A stretch of 64,000 bases of DNA from Octopus sinensis. Lineage: Eukaryota. This document shows positions 35,778 to 49,206 of the stretch, piece by piece (position 1 is the stretch's first letter; every line of letters begins with the position of its first letter). The stretch is from NCBI RefSeq assembly GCF_006345805.1, contig NC_043013.1, forward strand, positions 28,272,001 through 28,336,000. Direction: 5' to 3'. Below the pieces are notes generated by a model, which searched no databases, had not been told where the DNA came from, and saw nothing but the letters and a program-made list of their open reading frames with translations. Position numbers and translations under genes: made by a program.

Positions 35778-37181
35778 AGCTAAATGTCTAAGGTTTGTTT
35801 GTTTGTTCCAAGTCTGAAAATGTACGTAAATAAATAATTACACGAAAATGTAGGCTAAAATTACAGACCCCAAATAAAATATTTTTGTAGGCAGATGTGG
35901 AAAGTAAAAAATTTTTTCTAATAGTATATACATCATAGAATTTTAAAGAAGGGCTGGATACCATATAGGAAAGAAAAATGTTTGTGGAAACTTTTTAAAA
36001 TAGAAATTCGTTTAAAACAATAAGATCATCCTATTTACAAAATAGTCTTAACTAAAAACCAAAAACGAAATAAGTAACACATTGAATATTTTCAACAAGC
36101 TGTGTTATGTGTGACTAAGTTTTAAGCCTGTAAGATGTTTTAAATGGAAGTCTATATGTAGTAAATGCATTTTATTAACAGAGATAATACCAACGAGATG
36201 TATCCAATTAATGCCTTCAACGTGAACTGTTAAGGGGGAAGTATGAAATATTGTAAGCAAAGAAGTGGCATGTAAAATAATGCTTTCTTGTTTTGGCACA
36301 AGGCCAGCAATTTAGGGGGGGGGTGAGCCGATTACATCGACCCCGGTACACAATTGTTACTTTAATTTTCATCGACCTCCGAAAGGATAAAAGGCGAAGT
36401 CTACCTGGGCGGCGGTTGAACACAGAAAGTAAAATAATACAAGACAATTCGAGCTAAAAAAAAAAAAAAAATTAAACAACATGAATAAATAAAAGTGGAG
36501 AAGGGACCAGCTAGAAAAAGCAGTCAAATTGCTCTGAAATCACATTTTGAAAATATATATTATATATATATATATATATAAATTGAGACACGTTGAACAA
36601 TATAATTCTAGATATACTAAGTCTGGGGAGAAAGAAGAAAAAAAAAACCCACAAGAAGGCCACAGCTGGAACGATTTTGATCAAAGGCCTGCTTGAACAG
36701 AGCTGACCTGGAGCTAATAAACAACAACATGAAGACATTAAGTAAATAAGAAGGCGGTGCAGCAATAAAAGGCAGCAAATAACAACCAGTCCGTTGGTGA
36801 TGATGGACTCATTATAGAGATTTACGGTCGGTCGCTATTGAATACGTGACATGAGAGAAACTGCCAACACTAAAACAGACTTGATTTTCCAACACACAGA
36901 AACCTTTTTTTTTTTCTTCTTCTTTAATTGAATACAGTTAAATAGGATGGATGACAGTGTTGTATAAATAAGTCTAACCAGAGACCGTCTTTGACAGTAT
37001 TACTATGTGTGTATATGTGTGTGTATACACCCTTATGTAGCCCCCCCCCCCAATAATACTATGAGAACTAATTTTCGAAATGTTTAGTAAAAATAGATTC
37101 ACTGAAATCACTCAATTGTTTAACATAGGAAAAAGTAGTACACAGGCTTTTTATTCTTTCTCTCACATAACACACACACGG

Positions 37182-37244
<63 letters not shown>

Positions 37245-39400
37245 GATATATATATATATACACACACACACAGATATATATATATATATATATATACACG
37301 AATGTACCAGCGTGTTCGGCAAGAACTGAAGCAGAGGGGATGGCAACAGAAAGTGTCCCATTCACAGCTGGATCTAACTCAAGTCTTAAATAAGACAAAC
37401 AATAATCACGCACGCACGCGCACCCAGAGCACTGCCTATGTGCGTGTATTTATATATATATATATATGTGTATATATATGTATATTATATTAGAGAAAGA
37501 GGCTAGCTCTTTGTAAATTCTGTCTGTTCCATCAGTAAGTATTTAAGTGCGACATTAACTAGAGAAGAGTAATGTGATGCCGCTAAGTAGTATTCTGATT
37601 CAACAACTCCAGCACAGCAGCAGTAGCGGCAGTTAAAAGACAAAATAAAAATAATATTTATAAAAAAAAACTACTGAAATAATCGTGATGATGGTGATAA
37701 TATTATTAACACCATAATGAAATGTCCGACATGTTGGGATTGCTAACAAGTGGACAGCCGAAATAGCGCAATTAATTAACTTGAAGCTAAAATACTACAT
37801 ACAGCAAACGAGAAAGACATTGTTTAATTAATGGAAAATAATAAAGTAATAATTCTGTAAAATCGTCACTGCGTTCAGTTCCGCTGATAGAAAGATAGAT
37901 ATTTACAAAAATTTATTACCAAATCACTTAACAGTAGATAAACAATATGTAATAATTTTTGCTTCATTTTTATTTTAGCTTATAGAAAAAGACAGTGAAA
38001 TTAATTCATAGAAAATGTTTTAATTATTACTATAGAACGAAGAAGCAAAAAGAAAAATGACCAAAGAAGAGTAATCAAAATATTGATATCTGACAGAAGC
38101 TAAAAAGCAATATGTATGTGTGTGTGTGTGGATGGATGGATGGATGGATGAAAAGGAACAGAGCAACGATGTGAATAAATGGCTATTCCTTCTCCGCCCC
38201 CAAGCCAATTCCTCCTCCACCATCATCACCAATTAACCTTCGTCTACATAATAAACGTCGATAAGGATAAGGGAATTCGCTTCAACTTTCCCACAACAGA
38301 TAAACGACCACAGAACACATCCACACACACACACATATATATTTATATATATATATATATATATATAATGTATGTATAACAGCTAAATTGAGGTTACGGG
38401 CGCACACACTCATCTGCTCCAACTTTCATGGATATAAACAGGCATGTATAGAGATACCTAACATAGACTAAGATAGGCAGTATTCTTTATATATATATAT
38501 ATGTGTGTGTGTTTTAGTTGTTATGGGTGTATGTATATATACACTTATAGACACAACCATGAGACGGTAAGATGGAGAATTTTTTTTTTATATAAAAATG
38601 AGATATAGAACAGTTGAGGTTAGAGAGACTGGTGTATGAAAGCTTTTATAAACAAACATCAATAAATATATGTGAATGTGTGTGTGTCAATCTTTATAGC
38701 GCGTGGAATTTATTGAGTAGTAAAATGGATTAAATATTTGAATAGAGAAGACGTGTGTGTGTAATAATTAGCATTCACATATGCAAATACAGTTGGAGAG
38801 TTAGTTAGAGAGCTTATAAGTAGTATTAGATTCAAATAGAGTTTGTAGACAAAATTAATCGTCAAGCAAATGTGTTCTTCTTCAATGGACGGTGGCCGTG
38901 TCCCAGCAGCTGTAATGACGAGAAAGCACCGAGGAAGGAAATAACACCAGTTGCTATATATATATTCGGAGCTGGAGGGGGGGAGGTCACAAGTTAGCAG
39001 AATATATTTGCAATAACCTTAATTTGTTTTGGAAGAGTTAATAAATGCTCGTCAGCGGCGGAGGATTTAGACATGGTGAAGCCTAAGTTACAATAAAACC
39101 CGAAGGCCTCCACCCCCATTGTAAAAAAATATATATATTACATCAGAGCATCTCATAAAATTGGCTTAACATATATGTCTTTTAATTATTTTGAGACCCC
39201 TAAGTTGTAACTTGTTTAGCTTATGCTTAAATCCAGCACTGATCCTTATACATATTTATGTATAGTGTGTGTTCGGGTACATAACCCTAGTGTTTACCAC
39301 ATGAAGCGCTTGCACAGATATCGGCTTGCAGAAAATTTTAAAGTGGAGAGCTTTTTTTCACTCTACCACTCGAATAATCTAAAAATCCACAAACATATAT

Positions 39401-39466
<66 letters not shown>

Positions 39467-39468
<2 letters not shown>

Positions 39469-39535
39469 CTTCCATAAACCAGCCAAGCTGAACGAGCAAT
39501 CATATGGATGTGTTTGAGGAACGTGTTATTTCGAT
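39467..39535 (-). CDS. Candidate exon (69 nt, phase 1/1) (D)RNNTFLKHIHMIARSAWLVYGR with internal ATG at 39503
   Basis: Acceptor attttgcacctccatacag| and donor GGAAGAG|gtatat. In frame with both 43100-43328 and 1734-1799. Confidence 0.5.
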
Positions 39536-39599
39536 CTGTATGGAGGTGCAAAATGTATTTTTCATCATCGATATTATAGTCAAGAAACAAAAGCTATAT

Positions 39600-39760
39600 T
39601 CGGGACAGGAAGTGCTGGACGGCTGTCGACGAATAAGTTCGATAAACGGTTCAGAAATGAAACCCACCCGAGCTGCTGACGACGACGACGAGAGAGGATA
39701 AACAGCACGAAAACGTTTTGCGTCGGTCGGAAGTGGAAGGTTCCTTCTCTCTCGCACCCT
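39600..39760 (-). promoter_or_regulatory. CpG-rich putative proximal promoter / 5' UTR
   Basis: Dense CpG (gacgacgacgacg, cgtcggtcgg) and ETS-type cores cggaagt (39728-34) and caggaagtg (39606-14), directly upstream of the candidate exon. Confidence 0.45.
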
Positions 39761-41704
39761 CTGTCTGTCTCTCTTACACACAATTACATGCATTCACACT
39801 CAAAGTTACAACAGAACCACAGTTACAAACACACAAAAACAGATTCAATAAAGATCCTCATATATATACATACACACACACACACACACACAACAGATAA
39901 AGTCGGTACGAAACCCTTCACCCCGTTTTAGAAATATCCTGTACAAGAATGTGTGTTGTGCGTGTGTGCAGGTGCGCGTGTACATATACATATTGGCGTT
40001 TGTAATTGATGTAATGTTTACCTCCAAATCAAGCATCCTTTAAAAAACACTGTCGGGTAGAGAATCTATATCCACTTGAGAAGCGAGTATCTTAATCACC
40101 TCAAAACATAGACAGATAGAAACAGCATAACAACTTCCAAATGTCATATCTATCTATCTACATATTATCACTGACTGTCTGGTAGATAAAAGTCGGTAAA
40201 CAGACAAATACGAATCGAATGCAGGTTAGAAATAATATATATAAATATATATAAATGTCTATATGTATATTTTTTAAACATCAAACAAGTGAAGCGAAGT
40301 ATTAGAGGGTAGTAAGAAAAGTGAACGGTTAATGAGACAAGAATTTTTTTTTAAATCAGAGAACACCAGATCCGGATTGTATAAATGTGCGAGCAAAAAG
40401 TAAAGCATAGGAGGCTTAAAATTGCATCTTACGCGTGTCGTCTTCTAACAAGCTCCCATTACACAACATACACACATTCCTGTGTCAGGTCCAGGTACGG
40501 CCGATGAGCCATCCACAACACAAACACTGCTACAACTGACACCAATGACTACCTTAGAATTTGTATACAAACACACACACACACACACACTCACACATAC
40601 TTGTACAAGTACGTACATGATGTACGTGTTAATTGAGAAAGACGTAGCTACATACATACATCTATTATCCCTCATGTACGTACGTATATATTTATATATA
40701 TATGTATATATATTATAAATATATCATGAAGATGCGCGCACACACACACACACTCATGATAAAGGAAAGAGGAGAAAAAGCTACACGCACCATTCTAATT
40801 TATATTTTTATTAGCAAGCCTGCATCCTTAGAAAATCAGTGTATATATATGTATACATCTATAAATAAAGGGACCCGTAAATATATCTAGAGTGAAGTGT
40901 TTATCAGTAAGTCCAGTAGGTCATATACGGTCGATGGAGGAAAGATTCCCTTTGCTGCAATAACAATACATATTATGGTACATGTTTATATATATATTAC
41001 ATGTGTATGTGTATATTGTTACATATAGTGATATGTACACACATTAAAAAAAAAATAATAAAAGACACACAAAGATAGGAATATAAATTTAAAATATATA
41101 CATACGCTTTTAGACACGCGCGCGCTTTTTTTTTTTTTTTTTTCAGTTTAATCTAACGAGCAAAAAAAATCACTGGAGTGAAAGCTGCGTGTAAAATAAT
41201 TAAGATCCGATAACGATCCTGTGTTGTTATGTAAAGTGAAAATATGTAAATAATATCAACACTAAATTCTCCACTGTCGCCTCTCTCTCTCACCCCTTCT
41301 CTCTCTCTCTTTCACTCAATCAATTACTCTTTCTTCCTTTCTCTCTCTCTCTCTTTTACTAACTTAAGCTTCGGTTAATTGTTGATGTTATAGTTCTTGG
41401 CCGTTGATTACTGATTGAACATACCAGTTTAATGTTGTTGATGAAGAATTGCACTTGTCTGAGAGAAATACTACACACGTAATCTGTATATGCATCAGCT
41501 GTCAAGACTATAATTACAACTATATCAGGCAGGAATAACTAATCTTTCAAAATCTGTAGACTAGGCTGCGTGGCCAGCTCTGAAGAAAAACGGCTATTTT
41601 TCCTTATTTAAAAAAAAAATTTTTTACTGTTCTTTTGAAATTTTTTTTAATATTCTAGCCACGATATACATATTATATATTATATTGCCTGCCCTTTTAA
41701 TTAC

Positions 41705-41769
<65 letters not shown>

Positions 41770-41884
41770 CCGATGTTTGTATTTATATCTAATGTTAATT
41801 GGAAAAACAACTCGTGAGAATGTTGTATGTAGCAAACTAGTTAATATAGTTGTTACTTGTTACGTGGCTGGGAAACGTAACATC

Positions 41885-41915
<31 letters not shown>

Positions 41916-42106
41916 GTAGTAGTAGGCAAGCAAATCACGACCATAAGCGGGACACATGCTCTGATCACCAAGTTTGTCAACACTGTCAATAATCAGCGAA
42001 GGTCCCAAATTAGCCAAACCCAATATACTAAGTAAATTATTGACGTCTGTGTGTGTATATTGATAGACGGACGTTTACGAATAGGATACGTCTTCTGCTG
42101 CAGTAC

Positions 42107-42181
<75 letters not shown>

Positions 42182-42273
42182 GTATATATATATATAAAAT
42201 AATATCTGATTTTGAGATGACAAGCTTATTAAAATATTTCACTGGTTTCTTCTGCACGTTACTATATATATAA

Positions 42274-42313
<40 letters not shown>

Positions 42314-42470
42314 TATATATATGTGTGTGTATGTATGTATATATATATATATAATAAATGTTTATATATATATATATATATATATACTATTTTATATTAC
42401 TATTATATATATATATATATATATATACTAATATATATATATATATATACTATATATACTATTATATATA

Positions 42471-42506
<36 letters not shown>

Positions 42507-43099
42507 TGTATGTATGTGTATGAAAGGTTACTTGGAGTAAGTGAAAAGATAATACAATCGAAAATAAGTGAATATCGATTTAAAAGCTGCAGAGTAATTC
42601 GACCAAAAACAAGAAACAAATCGAAAATTGGTCAATAAATAGACTAGAAAGAATATTTTCAGCTTCAGAGGCCTTTTTCGGTAGCTTCTAATTTTTCAGT
42701 AAAATTATATAGATATAATATTATTGATGGCGCAATCAGATTACACGCGCGCGCGCACATGCATGCTTATATATATAACACATGTACACACACACATGCA
42801 TGTATATGTCTATATACATGTGTTTGCGTACGTATCCATAGATATCGTACGTGTGTAGTGTAATTTGTTATTAATGTGTTAGCATCATATTATTAGGTCA
42901 ATAGCGTGCGAGGCGAGAATGGCTGTTTAAACTAAGTTTCAAATGCGAGAAGAGTAAAAAAGAAGAAAAAAAAGATGGGATTGGGGAATCTTTTTTTATA
43001 TCTCAGATTTATGGGGTCAAGTTACGATTATTATTTGGTTTCTTTCAACTCATTCTATATTCGTTCGCAGACACACACATCGTCGGCACACGCACTCAC

Positions 43100-43328
43100 C
43101 TGTCCAAATAACAGTGGTGTTGCGCTCGCCTCTCTTACTGTTGCTACTATCACCACTACCAGCAGCGACGATTACAAGACCATCAACTGTTTCTTCGTCG
43201 TTTTTTCCTGCTACTCCACCAGCTTTAGTTAATGTTGATGTTATTGCTAATGATAATGATGATAGTGGTGATAATATCGTTGATAGTATTGTTACTACTG
43301 TTGTTGTTGTTGCTGCCGTTGGCTCCAT
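43100..43328 (-). CDS. Candidate first coding exon MEPTAATTTTVVTILSTILSPLSSLSLAITSTLTKAGGVAGKNDEETVDGLVIVAAGSGDSSNSKRGERNTTVIWT
   Basis: ATG in agcATGG context, 76 codons plus 1 nt, ending at a perfect donor ACAG|gtgagt, in a CpG-rich zone. Low-complexity, so homology cannot be judged by eye. Confidence 0.5.
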
Positions 43329-43399
43329 GCTCCTACCTCCACGTTACCGCTCGCATTTGGGCGTCATAGGGGCTCCTTTACGGGAGAGTTACGAAAACA

Positions 43400-44299
43400 C
43401 ATACTTACTCGCTCACTCATCCTCTCTTTCACATACACACATACACACGCGCACATACATAGATGCGCTCACTCACACGCACATTCACATACATACATAC
43501 ATACATACATACGTACACACAGATTCTCTCGCTCATACGTAGATGCACGCACATAGATACATATTTATACACCGACAATTCCTTCTCTCACATAGAAGCA
43601 CGTACGCACACACGTACACATACACGCACTGACTCCGACCCTCAATCACATACATACATGCACTCGCACGCTCAAATACATTCAACTACACTCACGGCCG
43701 CTGTCCGCTTTACTCTCGCGTGTCTGTCAACCACACTCAAACACCATACACGAAGGAGCGTGCTGAATATTTTTGCGATTATTTCATCAGGTTGCTGTAA
43801 TCGTTTAAAAAAAAAGCTATCTGCATGCTGTGGCCATTTTTCATTTTTTTTATTTCTTTATTATGCTGGAAGATGGTGAGTGAGTGTAACTAATTCGTAT
43901 GAAGCCAGTTCGTTATTTTGGATATCACATCACATTATAGATGGAGAGCATTTTTTTTTAAAGAAGAATATGTATATAGACTTTCCACACACACACACAC
44001 ATACCATAACATGAATTATAATGAACGAACGCGGGAAACTACGATGTTTTTCAATTTACTCGAAATTGTTGCCAAATCTCCCTCATATCACACACCACAG
44101 CCTTAAAAGTTGGAAAGAAAACATCAGATAATGTGGTCCTAGATATTAAAAAGGAGAAAATGGTTGTAGATAAAACGTTTGTGATCATAAGCACGCTTAA
44201 GAGTTAACCCGGGCCCAAACGAACAATTAAACGAAATTAGAGAAAACTCACACTTGCAAATATCTATATACGCCCACTTATGTCAAAATAATACTCATT

Positions 44300-44339
<40 letters not shown>

Positions 44340-45200
44340 GCATCACTAAAATATACAGACATACGCATCCGTTAACATCTACGCACACTTTTTACATATA
44401 AATACACAGAAAAATTGCAGACAGCAGTCACAGAAGAGACATTCACTTACACAGACACACACTCAAATCGTACATAGTCACAGAAGAGAAATATTCACTG
44501 ACATACATAACTACTTAAGCCTTCAGTTAGAGCATTAAGGCAGCAAATACTACACTCCTGAAGCTATTTTTTCAAAGCTTTCCCTATATCTAACAACACC
44601 ATCCACGAAAAATCGCCATAGCTGAATGTTTTTCCTATTTAGTGAAGTAAAAATAAAACTTTTCTGCCCCCACTGAATCAAATTTATGAAAATATTTTTC
44701 AACGAAATTCACGCACTGCTCGTCAAAAAATGGCTATGTCTACAGTACGCATGCGTGTAGCACATGCTTATCCCATAATGTAGAATCTTATTTTGTTACG
44801 TGGGCGTGGATGTGACTTGGTAGGGAAAGGCTTTTGGGTGCTTGACTTTTGAATATAGTTTCACCCTTGTTATAGAACAGTACAATCATAGACAAACAAT
44901 ATCGTGTGCGTGTGTGTGTGAATATATATACGTACAAGTATGTATATAATTCGTTGCATCGTCAGCATGATTGCAGCTGCCTCTTGTTTGATGTGGTAGC
45001 TGCGTATATGAAAGGGAGGAAAAAACAAAAGGGTAACATGTGGGCCAAAAGAGAACCCGGACGTTACTAAGTTGTATCGGTGCTATTTCGGCACCGCTGG
45101 AAAAGGTGATACCGTTGGAAGGCGACGGAATCGGTTGCGATCTCCAGGAGACAGCTGTAGAAAGAGAATGTCCCACTAATACAAGCCGTGTGCAGAATAT
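43400..45200. promoter_or_regulatory. CpG-retaining distal promoter region
   Basis: Non-repeat CpG-rich tracts at 43.6-43.8 and 44.7-45.2 kb. YY1-like AAAATGGC (44727-34), NRF1-like ACGCATGCGT (44747-56), Sp/KLF-like GGGCGTGG (44802-09). Confidence 0.45.
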
Positions 45201-45238
45201 GGTAGTGACAATATATGACTTGTCTACAATTAAAACGC

Positions 45239-45296
<58 letters not shown>

Positions 45297-46698
45297 ACAC
45301 AATTATATATGTATATATATAACACAATTATATATATATATATATGCTCTCGTATTGGTGAATTGAATGTTTTAAATAAATTTAGACACGTAAGACTAAA
45401 TGTATATTTAGTGAATATACAGAAATTAATTTAAATTATCTATATGTCATGTATGAATGGGTGTATGGTTAAGTCGATTGATTATGCATCCATGTGATTT
45501 TGAGTTCGATTCTTCTGTGTGACTACTCGACCAGTTGTTTTCTACCACTTCTCTATCTCCCCTCTCCCTCCCCCTCTCTCTCTCTGTAACTGAGTGTTAC
45601 TCGTCATATGATGGGTACCTATGCCATCATGGGTGCTATAAGGAAACATGGCATACATACGATAATTATTCAGTTTTCTTAATGCTGACACAAAAGAATT
45701 AAATCAATAATAATTTCCCCGAAGAAAAATATATTTATTACTTTAAAATAAAATGAAGTAAAATATTCAAAAAAGTATAGAAAAATTGAAAACATTCTCC
45801 GTGTTGATTTTTATATCAGGTGAGTTCACACAGACACACACCTCTCTCTCTCTTTCTATCTATATGTGTTTATGTGCGAGTGTACTCCTCTTCCCTGGTC
45901 TGATTCTCAATGTGTGTAGAGCGTCCATTTACTCATTGCCTACCACCAAGCCTAAGATGTTCCCTTATCTTGCACCACTTACATTAATTCTCCAGTCGGA
46001 ATTATTTCACTGTGAGAGAAAGCGTCTTGCGGCAATTGCAACCAATTCGGAATGAAAAGAAGTAAGCTCAGATGATCGTTAATTCTCTGGAATGAATATG
46101 CAGTTAAGAAAAGATTACTTTATTTCTGGAGGCAAAGGAACAGCAGCGAAGACATGTTTCTGCTTCAATGGACGTCATCAGCAAAGCATTGCTCTACAGT
46201 GACACCAACCAAACATAAGACTTAAGTATATAAAAAAAGAGTAAAGAACATTTATGACTTAAAGTGATTTGCATAACTAAAAGAAAAAAATGATATTATG
46301 CAAAGGAAATAACTCAGAGTAATCAGTAGCATAAATTTCAATACACAAGGACAAATAAAGCTACTTTAAATACAATACACGATAAACAGACGAAGAGCGA
46401 CATTGTGTGTATATAAATGTGTGTCGCTATATATATTAAAGTATGTACTCTCAGTGGAATTTATTTATTTGCATAACGTGTCCAAACAATAAAGCTATTG
46501 ACTTTCAAAATGTTTTTTCTGTTCCCTTGAAACAATTTGCTCTACAGCTCGCTTCTATCCCCACCAAATTCTTCCTCTCTTCAAAAACATGTCCCAGTTT
46601 TTAGAAACACGCCACGATGTGTCCCATTCTGTTGGTTTGCCAAAAGTCGTTTTATTGCACTCACAAACAATATATAAAAGGTGATGAAAATCATATAT

Positions 46699-47082
46699 AT
46701 GGATGGATGGAAGCACTCCGTCGGTTACGACGACGAGGTTTCTGGTTGATCCGAATCAACGGAACAGCCTGCTCGTGAAATTAACGTGTAACTGGCTGAG
46801 CACTCCACAGACACGCGTACCCTTAACGTAGTTCTCGGGGATATTCAGCGTGACACAGAGAGTGACAAGGCCGGCCCTTTGAAATACAGGTACAACAGAA
46901 ACAGGAAGTAAGAGTGAGAGAAAGTTGTGGTGAAAGAGTACAGCAGGGATCACCACCATCCCCTGCCGGAGCATCGTGGAGCTTTAGGTGTTTTCGCTCA
47001 ATAAACACTCACAACGCCCGGTCTGGGAATCGAAACCGCAATCCTATGACCGCGAGTCCGCTGCCCTAACCACTGGGCCATA
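46699..47082 (-). mobile_element. tRNA-derived SINE family C, young copy
   Basis: Minus-strand head TGGCCCAGTGGttagggcagcggactcgcggtc...GGTTTCGATTCCC (A and B boxes), (ccat)n tail, CpGs intact. Confidence 0.85.
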
Positions 47083-47099
47083 TATGCTTTATTCATATA

Positions 47100-47142
<43 letters not shown>

Positions 47143-47899
47143 TAAAGCATCAGAACACCTGACCTGGTGCCAATCCTGTTGCTCCTCAGTTCAAAGATTT
47201 GAGTAAAGTTGACTCCAACACTGGGACCAACGTCATGTAAGCATGGAGGCACCCTGGCAAAATACTGCTCCTTTAAATACAAACCTTATCTGTTTCTGAT
47301 TATAAGTCAGAAGACACTAATCATTGATGGGTAAGGGCTTTGCCAACAACGGCATTATTAGCTCTCTTGTGAGTGCATTTCGTAGATGGAAACTGAGAGA
47401 AGCCTGTTGTATATATGTATGTATATGTGTGTGTGTGTATCTGTGTTTTCTCCCCACCATCACTTGACAACTGATGTTGGTGTGTTTACGTACCCTTAAC
47501 TTAGTGGTTCGGCAAAAGAGATCGATAGTATAAGTATTAGGCTTACAAGGAATAAGTCCTGGGGTTGATTTATTCGACTAAAGGCAGCGCTCCAGCATGG
47601 CTGCAGTCAAATGTCTGAAACAAACAAATAAAAGAATTATAATCATTTTCTGAACGACTTTCACTTGCACTAAGCTCACGCACACCGATTCACAAGCACT
47701 CATAGACGGAGTTGTAGATTTCTTTTTTGAAAGGAAGTCTAGAGAAGCTTTTTTTCACTCTCAGTAACATGCCGAAGCATTTGTTATTGTAGTAGAAATG
47801 TTTGCACTTCGTTCAAAATTTGGATCTTGTACTTGAAAAACACCTCGAAAGCCCAAGGTCTTGTAAAGCAGGTTTTCGTAAAGTGAAGTATTACTGTGG

Positions 47900-47984
<85 letters not shown>

Positions 47985-48419
47985 CACGCACACACACATA
48001 TATATTAAAAGAATGTTCTATAATACTATTCTACAGCCATACCAACAATCCAACATACCTCCATCATCAGCTGCCCCACGGATATCATTCTGGTTTCAAC
48101 ACCTATGTAGTACCATTCAATCCCGCGGTGTCAACAGCACTAATATATATACATATATATATGTGTGTGTGTGTACACACACACACACACACATATTGAA
48201 AGAACACTGTGGAAGACAAGGATTGATATATTGGTATGATGTAAGGTTAACGTTATTTAAATAACATTTTTTATACAGGAATATATCACAATATTTACAA
48301 AATTACTGTTGCAGAGGAGAGGATAAATTCCTGGTTATTTTAATAGTATACTGCACCATATTATATTTTAGAGGGCAATCATCTTTTCTGAATGGAAGAA
48401 ATAATCTGATACACACACA

Positions 48420-49206
48420 CACTCACATATGTACTACATATGTGGGAAATTCTGTTTATAAGTGTGTTTGTGGAGTTGTTAGCTAATTTTGATGAAACTT
48501 GACATTTGAGAATGTCTGGAGACCTCGTGGCATACTCAGGTTGTTGAAAAAAAACGATAATAGGGCCCCTCGAAGGGATACTTATATATATCTAATCTAT
48601 TTTGTTTTAAAAGCCAAGGGAAATAACCCATTCATTTTCCTAAATTATTGAGTATGTTTATTTCTTAGTATTTTAACTGTTAGAGTTATTTTCGCAATTT
48701 ATCCAGTACAACCCTTAAACAAGTGAATAGTATTTTCCTAAACAATAGACCCACTTATTTCGGTTCGTGAATTATTCACAAATATACCAACACTAGTGCC
48801 CCAAAGGGTAATATTCTCTGGGAATGCACAAAAGCCCTTTTCGGGGTTATTTACTTTGAATTGTTATTATCTCATATCTGACTAGCCTGTTATTACATAA
48901 CATGCTTCACGATTTTAGTATACATACTTTATTAGTATTTCCTCCTATGTTCTATATACTCTGGGAATGCATTAAAGCCCTTTTCGGGCTACTATTTTTG
49001 AATTCTTACTATCAAGTAACTAATTTCATGCTATTACATAACTGACTTCACAATTTCAGTATTCATAACTTATTGGGAATTCCTAAAAACTATGTAAGGC
49101 AGTTTGATATTCTCTGTAAATGCACAAAAACCGTTTAAAGGGATACATAATTTGTATTGTTGTTATTGGATTAATGAAATAATTATGAGAACGGTACGTC
49201 AGCTAG
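48420..49206 (+). mobile_element. Helitron-like element with three internal ~145-bp subrepeats
   Basis: Ends gagaacggtacgtcagCTAG|t and shares ttgatgaaacttgaca with 5213-5579. Subrepeat starts ctctg..aatgca at 48816, 48959 and 49112. Left boundary uncertain. Confidence 0.55.

Noticed and set aside
37171-37298. Regularly spaced repeats superficially like a CRISPR array
   Set aside because: The units are microsatellites without unique spacers, in a eukaryotic context with no cas genes.
42743-42765. (CG)n/alternating purine-pyrimidine tract as a Z-DNA element near the promoter
   Set aside because: Alternating tracts are ubiquitous in this window, so nothing singles this one out functionally.
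38870-46174. Shared 12-mer cttcaatggacg at 38880 and 46163 on either side of the promoter zone
   Set aside because: Exact 12-mer matches are expected by chance in a window this size, and there is no wider homology.
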